32,000 nucleotides of DNA, from contig LYOS01000004.1 of the NCBI GenBank assembly GCA_001766815.1, positions 133,610-165,609 of the forward strand, read 5' to 3'. Positions 16,748-24,628 of the stretch are shown in pieces. The DNA comes from Candidatus Syntropharchaeum caldarium. Its GTDB lineage: Archaea; Halobacteriota; Syntropharchaeia; Syntropharchaeales; Syntropharchaeaceae. Numbering within the stretch: the first letter of the stretch is position 1; each line of letters opens with the position of its first letter. Position numbers and translations under genes: made by a program. The notes under the pieces are model-generated. The model saw only the letters and a list, made by a program, of their open reading frames with translations. It ran no database searches and had not been told where the DNA came from.

Positions 16748-17601
16748 CAGTAATTGAGCTTGCCGTCATAGATGATGTTGGCTTTGCCGGTCAGGTATGC
16801 ACCATCCTCCTCCAGCGATACCTTTAATACTCCTCCAAGTGCGCGAACCGTGACCTCTTTTGCAGGATCGATCATCTTCAGTTTACTCAGCGCAAATACT
16901 GCAGCTGTTGCACCTGTACCACACGATAGCGTCTCGCCCACTCCCCGCTCGTACGTCCTGATCTCAACGTCATTCACACCATTCATCTCTACAAACTGTA
17001 CATTTGTCCGATTTGGGAATGCCTCGTGGTTCTCGATGAGGTTACCGATCTTATCAACGTCTATCCCGTAGAGGTTATCCACAACAAGCACAGCATGTGG
17101 ATTTCCAATGCTCAGTGCCGTGATCTTGATCGATCCAATCTCATCATTTATGTGTAGATCGGTATCAATGGCAAAATCGTCGCTACCCTCCATCGGGATT
17201 AACGCCCGCTCAAACTCCGCAGTTCCCATCATGACTCTGACCTCTTCAACTTTTCCATCATTCACGATAACCTCGGGCGTGATCACTCCACCAAGCGTCT
17301 CAACTGTCATCTTTTCATCCTGCACAATTCCCCGCTCATATACGTACTTTGCAAAGCATCGCATACCGTTGCCACACATCTCTGCTTCCGAGCCGTCAGA
17401 GTTGAATATTCGCATCTGCACATCACAGATACCTGAAGGAGATATGAATATCACACCATCCGCACCAACAGAAAACTTCCGTTCACAAACACGCCGTGCA
17501 AATGTGGGCTTATCCACCTCCGGAATGACTTCACCCTCGATCTCATTTATAATGATAAAATCGTTACCAGTGCCTTCTACCTTCGTAAATTCCACTTCCA
17601 T
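16747..17601 (-). CDS. dapF: diaminopimelate epimerase
   Basis: FTKVEGTGNDFIIIN plus the two catalytic cysteine motifs CGNGMRC and SCGTGATA. The stop overlaps the thiDN start by 1 nt. Confidence 0.92.
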   Translation of the reverse strand: MEVEFTKVEGTGNDFIIINEIEGEVIPEVDKPTFARRVCERKFSVGADGVIFISPSGICDVQMRIFNSDGSEAEMCGNGMRCFAKYVYERGIVQDEKMTVETLGGVITPEVIVNDGKVEEVRVMMGTAEFERALIPMEGSDDFAIDTDLHINDEIGSIKITALSIGNPHAVLVVDNLYGIDVDKIGNLIENHEAFPNRTNVQFVEMNGVNDVEIRTYERGVGETLSCGTGATAAVFALSKLKMIDPAKEVTVRALGGVLKVSLEEDGAYLTGKANIIYDGKLNY

Positions 17602-17632
17602 CCTCTCTTCCCTCCCCTGTTAGAATATCCAT

Positions 17633-18262
17633 TCAGACTGCAAGTTCGGTAAATACAAGCGTTCCAGAGATTTTCTTTACTCTGACCTTAACAACCTCGC
17701 CTTTCTTATTGTATGGGATGTAGAAGATGTACTTATCCATCCTTGCAATCCCATCCCCTTTGCGTCCAACATCTTCGATCCTGAGCTCATATACCCCTCC
17801 AACCTCTATGAGAGGTGCTTTGTCATCTTTCTTTGGTTTGCTGCGCTTGAGGATCGATCGATGAGCACCACATGCATCGCATTTGAGCATCATTATCCGT
17901 CCGTTTTTTATGAGGTGTGTATCAGGCCCACCACACTCAGAACAGATGACGTACTCTTCAAGATATGCGTCAAGAATATTTTTGATGTTTATCTTGCTGA
18001 ATTTTCCCTGAAAAATCGCTCTGCTACCTTCTATTTTTCCTGCAGTGCCGAGTTCTCTCAAGAGGAATTTCATGATGTGATCCGGATCACGGTTGAGGTA
18101 GTCAACGATCGTTCCAAAGTTATCAAATACCGTGGTCTTGCCTTCTATGAATATGCTCGGCTCTGGCATTGTGAATCTCGCTGTTGTATCCACAACCCGG
18201 GGGGTCTGTTCCAGGGCCCTATCGAGCAAAACCACATACGCTTCATGATTTGCTGTTTCCAT
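17633..18262 (-). CDS. eif2b: translation initiation factor aIF2 beta subunit with C-terminal TRAM domain
   Basis: aIF2-beta core with zinc knuckle CSECG...CDACG, followed by a TRAM-like domain GGVYELRIEDVGRKGDGIARMDKYIFYIPYNKKGEVVKVRVKK. I start it at ATG 18262 (METANHEAY), which has AGGAGA 8 nt upstream. The ORF-track start at 18322 would run into the tRNA-Trp 3' exon. Confidence 0.85.
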   Translation of the reverse strand: METANHEAYVVLLDRALEQTPRVVDTTARFTMPEPSIFIEGKTTVFDNFGTIVDYLNRDPDHIMKFLLRELGTAGKIEGSRAIFQGKFSKINIKNILDAYLEEYVICSECGGPDTHLIKNGRIMMLKCDACGAHRSILKRSKPKKDDKAPLIEVGGVYELRIEDVGRKGDGIARMDKYIFYIPYNKKGEVVKVRVKKISGTLVFTELAV

Positions 18263-18299
18263 CTTGAGATCTCCTTTCATGCCTCTATTTGGATTAAAA

Positions 18300-18467
18300 T
18301 GGGGCTGGTGCGATTCGAACACACGATCGACGGGTCTCTCCGATTATCAGTGCTCCAACGGATCATCATAATCCAGAGATCGCGTCCGACCCCCATTGAC
18401 TCAGCAGACCCGTTGTTCATCATATACCGCTGGAGCCCGTCGCCATTCCTGACTAGGCCACAGCCCC
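18300..18467 (-). tRNA. tRNA-Trp (anticodon CCA) with a 94-nt intron at the canonical 37/38 position
   Basis: Minus-strand read: acceptor GGGGCTG/CAGCCCC, D arm GCC..GGC, anticodon stem ACGGG/CCCGT with loop CTCCAGA, T arm GTGTG-TTCGAAT-CGCAC, discriminator A, no encoded CCA. Exons are 18430-18467 and 18300-18335. The junctions fold into a bulge-helix-bulge: 4-bp helix CTCC/GGAG flanked by the 3-nt bulges AG|C and AG|A. Confidence 0.9.
18336..18429 (-). ncRNA. box C/D guide RNA embedded in the tRNA-Trp intron
   Basis: Box C ATGATGA (18417-18423), 12-nt guide ACAACGGGTCTG, box D' CTGA (18401-18404). Box C' ATGATGA (18363-18369), 12-nt guide TCCGTTGGAGCA, box D CTGA (18347-18350). Both guides are complementary to the pre-tRNA itself across the exon-intron junctions. 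Confidence 0.8.
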
Positions 18468-18486
18468 TTCATCCAACTATACCATT

Positions 18487-18500
18487 GCATCTTTAAATTT
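18487..18500 (-). promoter_or_regulatory. candidate BRE/TATA promoter of tRNA-Trp
   Basis: The minus strand reads CGAAAG-ATATAAAT, a purine-rich BRE plus TATA. The TATA is centred about 23-25 nt upstream of the tRNA 5' end at 18467. Confidence 0.4.
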
Positions 18501-18584
18501 ATATCTTTCGTAGAAGAATACGAGGAGAACCTGTGTAAGATCCTTCGATGATCTTAATACTATGTCATCCATATATTCTACTGG

Positions 18585-19820
18585 ATGCGATGCATAACTT
18601 GCAAGGGCAAGGGCTTATGCGGAAGGCCAAATTGTCCAATTCTCGAGCGCTTACGAGCTTTTGAAGCAATGCCATCGATAAAAGACTCGCTCTTTGGTGA
18701 ATCACCGCCATCGGTCTTTGTCGGAAGAATGGGGTATCCTGTGGTGAGAATGGGTCCGCTTGTGCCTGCGATCGCCGATCCCTCTCCTGTAAACTTCGAC
18801 AATCCTGCAAGCTGGGCAGACCTTACGATCGAGGATGTGATCGGGATGCGAGCTTCACTTGTACGATCTTCATCTGGCTTCAATGTGAAGGATGCGTATG
18901 CCATAGATGCCAGAAACTCTCGCATTCTCTCAATGACCCAGGAGATTGCCCGTGCTAAAAAACCAGTTGAGACCGAGGTCTGGTTTTTGAAGCCTCCCCG
19001 CGCGGATCTCAAATTTGATGGTATCCTGACTCCAATGGGGCCATCGGGTACCATAGATAAGCTTGCTATAACCTCAAACCCTTCGGTTGAACGAAAAGTC
19101 GAGTACATAACATCAGATACTGACATTACCGCAAGTATCGCGGTTAATGAGCTTTATCGTGCAAATATTCCGGTCTATCAGATCATGCGACTATTCTCGG
19201 TTGGATTGCTTGGTGAGAAGCGAAAGCTCGTTCCAACGCGCTGGTCAATCACGGCAACTGACGATATTCTGGGAAAGCACCTCATCGAGAGAATAAGGGA
19301 TTATCCGGAGATCAACGAGATTGAAGTGTACTCGCACACTCATTTTGAGAACCACTTTGAGATTATCCTGCTTCCTGCAATCTTTGCATTTGAGGTCGTG
19401 GAGATCTGGATGCCACGCTCATTCTGGGCAGAAAAGGGTGCGATCGAGGCAGATCGGGAAGGATATAAAGGCAGAAGAGGTTATTCCAGACTGGGTGGTG
19501 GATACTATGCAGCCCGTCTTGGTCTCCTGGAGCAACTTGAATCCCGCAGACGACAGGCAACAGCTATCATCATTCGGGAGATTAATCCGTCATACTGGGC
19601 ACCGCTTGGAGTGTGGGTGGTACGTGAGGGTGTAAGGGAGACGTTAAGGAAAAAGCCAGGACTCTTCACAGATCCACTTGATGCACTCAATCACGCCGCA
19701 TCACGGATAAAGACGCCAGTCGCAGAGTGGCGAAATGAGTTGAAACTCTTTGATACAGCCAGGCATCAGCGAACCCTCGCATCCTTCTTTCTCCTCTTTT
19801 CCAGATCGCCGATTGTGTAA
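18585..19820 (+). CDS. nreA: Nre-family DNA repair protein (NreA-like) with C-terminal PCNA-interacting (PIP) box
   Basis: N-terminal Cys cluster MRCITCKGKGLCGRPNCP, length of ~400 aa, and a canonical PIP motif QRTLASFF (19767-19790) near the C-terminus. This matches my recollection of the haloarchaeal NreA description. Confidence 0.65.
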   Translation: MRCITCKGKGLCGRPNCPILERLRAFEAMPSIKDSLFGESPPSVFVGRMGYPVVRMGPLVPAIADPSPVNFDNPASWADLTIEDVIGMRASLVRSSSGFNVKDAYAIDARNSRILSMTQEIARAKKPVETEVWFLKPPRADLKFDGILTPMGPSGTIDKLAITSNPSVERKVEYITSDTDITASIAVNELYRANIPVYQIMRLFSVGLLGEKRKLVPTRWSITATDDILGKHLIERIRDYPEINEIEVYSHTHFENHFEIILLPAIFAFEVVEIWMPRSFWAEKGAIEADREGYKGRRGYSRLGGGYYAARLGLLEQLESRRRQATAIIIREINPSYWAPLGVWVVREGVRETLRKKPGLFTDPLDALNHAASRIKTPVAEWRNELKLFDTARHQRTLASFFLLFSRSPIV

Positions 19821-19990
19821 ACTGCATTTTTGAGCAGTTCCCGCTCGTCTTTTTCTCCCTCAAATATCTGCGTGAGCTTATCCTTCACAGGGATTATATC
19901 CTTCAGCGCTTCCTTTCTCAGCTTCATTGGATCTGGTATCAAAACATCACCTTCTACCACATCTATGGTATTTATATGCACTTCAACCAT
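19766..19990 (-). CDS. hypothetical small protein (74 aa), uncertain
   Basis: The ORF has a protein-like charged/helical composition (KLRKEALKDIIPVKDKLTQIFEGEKDERELLKNAVYTIGDLEKRRKK). However, it has no room for its own promoter or SD, and its 3' end overlaps nreA by 55 nt. Confidence 0.3.
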   Translation of the reverse strand: MVEVHINTIDVVEGDVLIPDPMKLRKEALKDIIPVKDKLTQIFEGEKDERELLKNAVYTIGDLEKRRKKDARVR

Positions 19991-20023
19991 ATATATATGA
20001 TGGATGATGAGGGAGGCGATTTG

Positions 20024-20842
20024 ATGGAGCTTGACCTGAATGTGATCCCGAGTGGTGTAGAGTCACTGGACAGGATGATTGGGGGAGGTTTTCCATCGGG
20101 TTCATTCATCCTGCTTCACGGCGAGGTTGGAGCAGGCAGTGCGGAATTTCTCCACACCTCACTCATAAACTCCGTGCGTTTACTCGATGAGATATCACTG
20201 AAGAAAGTCTGCTACATAACATTTACCAGGCTTGTAGCGGATGTTAAACGGGAGATCGCGCTCTCGTTCGATGATAAAGTGCAGAATATCATAAATGATC
20301 AGCGAATAATCTTCAAGGACTTCTCAAAAGAGTGTTTCCAGAATTCAGCCCTGCCCTTCACATGGAATCCTGAGTTTGACTCAAGCTTTGAAGCTTTGAA
20401 GGGGTGCGGGGATCGGCATGCTTTTCTTGAACTTCTTGTATCATTCCTGAATGATAATGCAAACGAGAGTGTTATCATATTTGATTCGCTCACTGACCTT
20501 GTGCGGCTTTATTATGATTCTATGGGCTGGCAGGATCTTATAGCTTTTCTTAAAGGGCTTCAAAGAGAGTCTAAAAGATGGGGTGGGCTTGTTTACGGTA
20601 CGCTGACATCAGACATCTTCAACAGAGGTATTGAAGAGGAGATTGCAGACTGTGCAGACGGTGTGATCGTGTTCAGGTGGGATGAAACCGAGACAAGGAT
20701 CAGACGCAGGTCCCTTTACATCAGGAAGTTTCGTGGACTTCTCCCGGTACTGGAAGAAACCAAGCTGCTCCGTCTTGAAACTAAATTCACGCCAGGAAAT
20801 GGTTTTGAGGTCATGAATATCAAGATGGTAAGGGGGGAGTGA
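20024..20842 (+). CDS. KaiC/RecA-superfamily ATPase-like protein with degenerate Walker A (probable pseudo-ATPase)
   Basis: N-terminus MELDLNVIPSGVESLDRMIGGGFPSGSFILLHGEVGAGSAEF. The P-loop lysine and Ser/Thr are replaced (GAGSA instead of GxGKT/S). A Walker-B-like VIIFDSLTDL is retained. Start chosen at ATG 20024, which has GGGAGG 8 nt upstream. A TATA-like TTTATATG lies at 19972-19979. Confidence 0.7.
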   Translation: MELDLNVIPSGVESLDRMIGGGFPSGSFILLHGEVGAGSAEFLHTSLINSVRLLDEISLKKVCYITFTRLVADVKREIALSFDDKVQNIINDQRIIFKDFSKECFQNSALPFTWNPEFDSSFEALKGCGDRHAFLELLVSFLNDNANESVIIFDSLTDLVRLYYDSMGWQDLIAFLKGLQRESKRWGGLVYGTLTSDIFNRGIEEEIADCADGVIVFRWDETETRIRRRSLYIRKFRGLLPVLEETKLLRLETKFTPGNGFEVMNIKMVRGE

Positions 20843-20888
20843 ACTGGACTTCCCAAGGATAAGCACGGGTGTTGCAGGGCTTGATGAT

Positions 20889-21545
20889 ATGCTCGGTGGC
20901 GGAATCCCCGAAAAAAACATTATCGCGGTACTTGGAGGATATGGGAGCGGTAAGACGATACTTGGGATGCAGTTCATTAACAGGGGGCTTGAAGAGGATG
21001 AGAGGGGCGTTTTTATCAGTTTTGATGAGGATGAGGATAAGCTTATCAGGATTGCATCAAATATAGGCTGGGATTTTGGATCCGCAATCAAAGATCGTAT
21101 GCTGGTTCTCATCAGGCTGGATGCTGCAGATATCGGCAGATCACTCACCAGGGCGCAGAGTGAACTCCCCACTCTCATAGAAACATTTGATGCAAAACGG
21201 ATTGTCATCGATCCGATAACACTCTTTGAGATGCACTTCAGGGATGATGAAAGTAGAAGACGGGAGATCTCAAAATTATGCACGATCATTCAGGCATCTG
21301 GTGCAACAACCATGCTGACGTCCGAGATCTCGACCGATAACCCATTTGCATCAAAGTATGGAGAGATCGAGTACATCGCAGATGGTGTTATAATCTTTCA
21401 GCACATTCGACCTGCACCGCTGAAGCGATCGATCCTTGCAGTTGAGATCGCAAAGATGCGTGGCGTGAAACACGCAAGGGATGTCAAGCCCTATGATATT
21501 ACCGATAAAGGAATCGTTGTGGACTTTGATGCTGATCTCTTCTAA
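20889..21545 (+). CDS. KaiC/RecA-superfamily ATPase (intact Walker A/B); true 5' end unresolved
   Basis: Walker A VLGGYGSGKTILGMQF, Walker B AKRIVIDPITLF, and IAKMRGVKHARD. The first ATG is at 20889, but the in-frame codons 20841-20888 encode ELDFPRISTGVAGLDD. This is the conserved N-terminal motif of this family, and it has no ATG/GTG/TTG ahead of it. Confidence 0.75.
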   Translation: MLGGGIPEKNIIAVLGGYGSGKTILGMQFINRGLEEDERGVFISFDEDEDKLIRIASNIGWDFGSAIKDRMLVLIRLDAADIGRSLTRAQSELPTLIETFDAKRIVIDPITLFEMHFRDDESRRREISKLCTIIQASGATTMLTSEISTDNPFASKYGEIEYIADGVIIFQHIRPAPLKRSILAVEIAKMRGVKHARDVKPYDITDKGIVVDFDADLF

Positions 21546-22654
21546 TCTACAAAATTTTGCGGGTGATTGGAGACCATCCCAAGCACATAACCCGCGGTGA
21601 ATACATCCCCCCTCCCCACAGCCTGTTTTAGCGATTTTACAGGATAGACCCCACAGGTCACAGCAATAAGATTGCCCCCCCCTTCAACCACCGCTTTCTG
21701 TGATGGTGCAATCCCATGAAGAACTTTTAAAACCTCATCCAGATCTGGAAATTCACCCTTTGTGATATACGCTGCAGCAACTGCCGCACCAAAATCAAGC
21801 GATCTGATAAATGCCGCTAAAATACCTTCCTGCTCAAGACCCACGATGAACTTTTCTGTGTGAATTACGATCCGTTTGAGGCTGTATCGATCCATAACCG
21901 CTCCTGCCCTATCGATCATCACACCTGGGGTTATTTCAAGCCCACTCGATTCTGCAAGGGCAAGAAACTCTTCACCGTTCATACCAAGACTATCAAGCAA
22001 TCCACCGATCTTTGTGAGAAGCTCATGCGCTACAATAAGGCTTCTGAAAGCACCAAGCTCGCAATGAATGAAAAGACGGGGGTTTTTATCTTTCCACCGC
22101 TTAATAAGATCTAAAACCGCATCAATCTTCTCGCTGTAGCCATGATCTGGCAGAAGATGAAATCCAGAGATGATCGCGCCCCTCATGTGATCTACTTCCT
22201 GGATTGAATCCTCAACAAAAGCTGGATCGATTACAAACTCCTCTTCGAGCCCGCCATTTACGATGAATCGCTCTTTACCACCAGATGGGAGATCGAACTC
22301 AAATACGAAGTGAACGAGCTCTCCTCCAGATGGTGCTGGACGGTTCAGGATGATCGGTGATACGCCAAGTTTAGAAAGCACCTCTGCCATTATCGCAGCA
22401 TTTCCACCGATTCTACGGGTTGCATGATATGTATCAAAGATCTCTTTGAGCTTTTTGATCGTCTCTTTATCGACTGAGACCTCATTCCCAACCCCCTCTC
22501 TCATCGACTGGACGAGATCTGGGTAGATACTGGTATCTCTTATAGACTCAAGCAGTTCGTCGCTCACCCTGAGTATTGCATCGATATTTGAGTTGAAGGC
22601 GAGAATAAAGCCTCCATCAGATAGTCCACTCATTATTTCTGCTTCTTCTCCCAT
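21542..22654 (-). CDS. ADP-dependent sugar kinase family protein (PfkC/GlkA-like, ribokinase superfamily)
   Basis: N-terminal [15 protein letters not shown] (NxNxD), FIHCELGAF (H.E.A motif) and C-terminal [13 protein letters not shown] (GxGD anion hole). At 370 aa it is shorter than the characterised ADP-PFK/GK enzymes as I recall them (roughly 450 aa). An alternative start at ATG 22633 forms a TAATG junction with the upstream gene. Confidence 0.55.
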   Translation of the reverse strand: MGEEAEIMSGLSDGGFILAFNSNIDAILRVSDELLESIRDTSIYPDLVQSMREGVGNEVSVDKETIKKLKEIFDTYHATRRIGGNAAIMAEVLSKLGVSPIILNRPAPSGGELVHFVFEFDLPSGGKERFIVNGGLEEEFVIDPAFVEDSIQEVDHMRGAIISGFHLLPDHGYSEKIDAVLDLIKRWKDKNPRLFIHCELGAFRSLIVAHELLTKIGGLLDSLGMNGEEFLALAESSGLEITPGVMIDRAGAVMDRYSLKRIVIHTEKFIVGLEQEGILAAFIRSLDFGAAVAAAYITKGEFPDLDEVLKVLHGIAPSQKAVVEGGGNLIAVTCGVYPVKSLKQAVGRGDVFTAGYVLGMVSNHPQNFVD

Positions 22655-23922
22655 TTGTAAAGCTCAATAACCTGTGAAAGTGTTTTACCCCGTCTGATCT
22701 CCTCGCGCACACGATCCTCGTTCTTCTTGACCTCCATAGCCCGTCTTGCAATCTCATATCCACGCTCTTTAGGGATCACCATCACACCGTTGTCATCACC
22801 CACGATGTAATCACCTGGTCGAACCTTTACCCCGCCGCAGGTGATCTCTGCATTTATCTCACCAAATCCTTTGGGGTCGCCTGCATTTGAGACGATGCCA
22901 CTTGCAAAGATTGGAAAACGCATCTCTCTGATGTCATCGATGTCTCTTACAGGCCCATCGATTACAAGTGCAGCTATACCTCGATTCTGGGCACTGTGAG
23001 ATGCAAGTTCACCCCACGGCGTTATATAATCACTTCCATTGAAGATTACGAGTATATCGCCCTCGCCTGCAACATCGATCGCCTCAACGGTCTTTGCCCA
23101 GTCGCCACCAAACGTCTGAACCGTCACCGCTCTGCCCGCAACCTTGATCCCCTCAAATATTGGTCGAATTCCTCGCATACATGGCTCTCTGTGCATTGCA
23201 TCAGAGATATTCGGGGTTGAAACCTCCATAAAGAGTCTTATAGTTTCTTCTTCAATGGTCTCACGCTTTTTATCGGTTATTTCTGCATTATCTATCGCTT
23301 CACGGATCAATCTCGTTGAACCTGTTACATCAGCAGATCGTATGATATTCCCACCAACGATCACAACTTCTGCACCCGCTGCAATAGCATGTGCCGAGCT
23401 TTCGGCATCAAGACCACCTCCAACAGCAAGCGGTGTCTCAACCTCTTTCACGATCGCCTCAAGAAGCTCAATCGTATCCACGCCAACCATCTGTTGATCT
23501 ATCCCCACGTGGACGCAGATGTAGTCAACGCCAATCTCTTCGAGTTCTTTTGCCTTCTTGACAGGGTCAGGTACATTTATTAAATCAACCATCAGCTGGA
23601 CGCCATACTCCCGTGCAGACCTGAGTGCATCCTCGATCGTTGAGTTGTCAGCAGCAGCAAGTATCGAGACAATATCAGCACCCGCCTTTGCCGCCATCTC
23701 AACCTCGATCGCACCTGTATCCATCGTCTTCATATCTGCAACAATCGTCTTATCAGGAAACTTCTCGCGCAGAATACGGATTATATCCATGCCCACGCTC
23801 TTGATAAGTGGTGTTCCAGCCTCAATCCAATCAGCACCTCCCTCTACTGCCTCCTTTGCAATCTGGATGGCACGATCAAACTCCAGAAGATCGAGCGCAA
23901 CCTGAAGTTTGGGCTTCATCAA
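22633..23922 (-). CDS. hps: bifunctional 3-hexulose-6-phosphate synthase (OMP-decarboxylase fold) / RraA-family domain protein
   Basis: N-terminal HPS pattern [37 protein letters not shown]...[11 protein letters not shown]-terminal RraA/DlpA-like pattern [44 protein letters not shown]. Confidence 0.8.
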   Translation of the reverse strand: MMKPKLQVALDLLEFDRAIQIAKEAVEGGADWIEAGTPLIKSVGMDIIRILREKFPDKTIVADMKTMDTGAIEVEMAAKAGADIVSILAAADNSTIEDALRSAREYGVQLMVDLINVPDPVKKAKELEEIGVDYICVHVGIDQQMVGVDTIELLEAIVKEVETPLAVGGGLDAESSAHAIAAGAEVVIVGGNIIRSADVTGSTRLIREAIDNAEITDKKRETIEEETIRLFMEVSTPNISDAMHREPCMRGIRPIFEGIKVAGRAVTVQTFGGDWAKTVEAIDVAGEGDILVIFNGSDYITPWGELASHSAQNRGIAALVIDGPVRDIDDIREMRFPIFASGIVSNAGDPKGFGEINAEITCGGVKVRPGDYIVGDDNGVMVIPKERGYEIARRAMEVKKNEDRVREEIRRGKTLSQVIELYKWEKKQK

Positions 23923-24018
23923 TCCATATTCATTTACATTACATTTAGAGTTTTTGATTATCCAATAGGTATTTATGTTCTAAAAGTGAAAAATGAGATG
24001 TGTTAATGGAGGAAATCT

Positions 24019-24429
24019 ATGGCTATGCGACTTGGATTTGTTGTCTCAGAGTTCAACAGAGATATTACCTACCAGATGGAACTTTTGGGCCATGAACATG
24101 CAAAGTTTCTCGGTGCCGAGGTTACAGAGACGATCTATGTTCCCGGTGTCTATGACATGCCGCTTGCAGTCAAAAAACTGGCCAGTAATGATGCGATTGA
24201 TGGTGTTGTTACGATTGGATGTGTGATCGAGGGTGCAACAGGACATGATGAGATTGTTGTGCAGCATGCTGCCCGCAAGATCATGGATATCTCGCTTGAG
24301 ATGGGAAAGCCCGTGGCACTTGGGATATCAGGGCCCGGAATGACGCGAATGGAAGCACACCAGCGGGTTGACTATGCAAAGCGTGCGGTTGAGTCCGTGG
24401 TTAAGATGGTGCAGCGCCTTGAGGGGTAG
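24019..24429 (+). CDS. ribH: 6,7-dimethyl-8-ribityllumazine synthase
   Basis: RLGFVVSEFNRDIT...VPGVYDMPLAVKKL...DGVVTIGCVIEGATGHDEIV is the archaeal RibH pattern. GGAGG lies 7 nt upstream. Confidence 0.9.
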   Translation: MAMRLGFVVSEFNRDITYQMELLGHEHAKFLGAEVTETIYVPGVYDMPLAVKKLASNDAIDGVVTIGCVIEGATGHDEIVVQHAARKIMDISLEMGKPVALGISGPGMTRMEAHQRVDYAKRAVESVVKMVQRLEG

Positions 24430-24438
24430 TGGTTGTCA

Positions 24439-24570
24439 ATGGCAGGAGATGAGATAAACCAGAATATGGTCTACTTCAAATGCGTCAAATGTGAGTATGT
24501 ATTTCAGGCGGATCCGATGGTGCTTGTTAAATGTCCGATGTGTGGGAGCGAGGATGTAGTACGAACGTAA
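24439..24570 (+). CDS. small zinc-ribbon protein (43 aa), below the ORF-track size cutoff
   Basis: ATG 24439 to TAA 24570 encodes MAGDEINQNMVYFKCVKCEYVFQADPMVLVKCPMCGSEDVVRT, a CxxC-x14-CxxC zinc ribbon. It fills the gap between ribH and tRNA-Gln. Confidence 0.45.
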   Translation: MAGDEINQNMVYFKCVKCEYVFQADPMVLVKCPMCGSEDVVRT

Positions 24571-24595
24571 TGGGTGTATCTGATTTGAGGTAAGA

Positions 24596-24603
24596 CTTAT
24601 ATG
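24596..24603 (+). promoter_or_regulatory. candidate TATA box of tRNA-Gln
   Basis: CTTATATG is centred about 28 nt upstream of the tRNA 5' end at 24629. Confidence 0.4.
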
Positions 24604-24628
24604 CATGGATCGTGAAGTTGATTGAGAT

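Noticed and set aside
17108-17623. 171-aa plus-strand ORF over dapF
   Set aside because: It lies antisense to dapF, which has both catalytic Cys motifs. The translation is a Ser/Thr/Ile-rich shadow.
17861-18496. 211-aa plus-strand ORF
   Set aside because: It runs antisense through aIF2-beta and straight across the tRNA-Trp gene and its intron. Its composition looks like a shadow frame and it has no start context.
18578-19126. 182-aa minus-strand ORF, plus the 81-aa ORF at 18565-18810
   Set aside because: Both lie antisense to the conserved N-terminal half of the NreA-like gene. Neither has family resemblance or expression signals.
20609-21289. 226-aa minus-strand ORF spanning the junction of the two KaiC-like genes
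   Set aside because: Its translation is extremely Ser/Leu/Ile/Pro-rich (SSSSSKLIKTPLSSSSSPLL). It lies antisense to genes with clear Walker motifs. I regard it as a shadow ORF, not a third gene explaining the junction anomaly.
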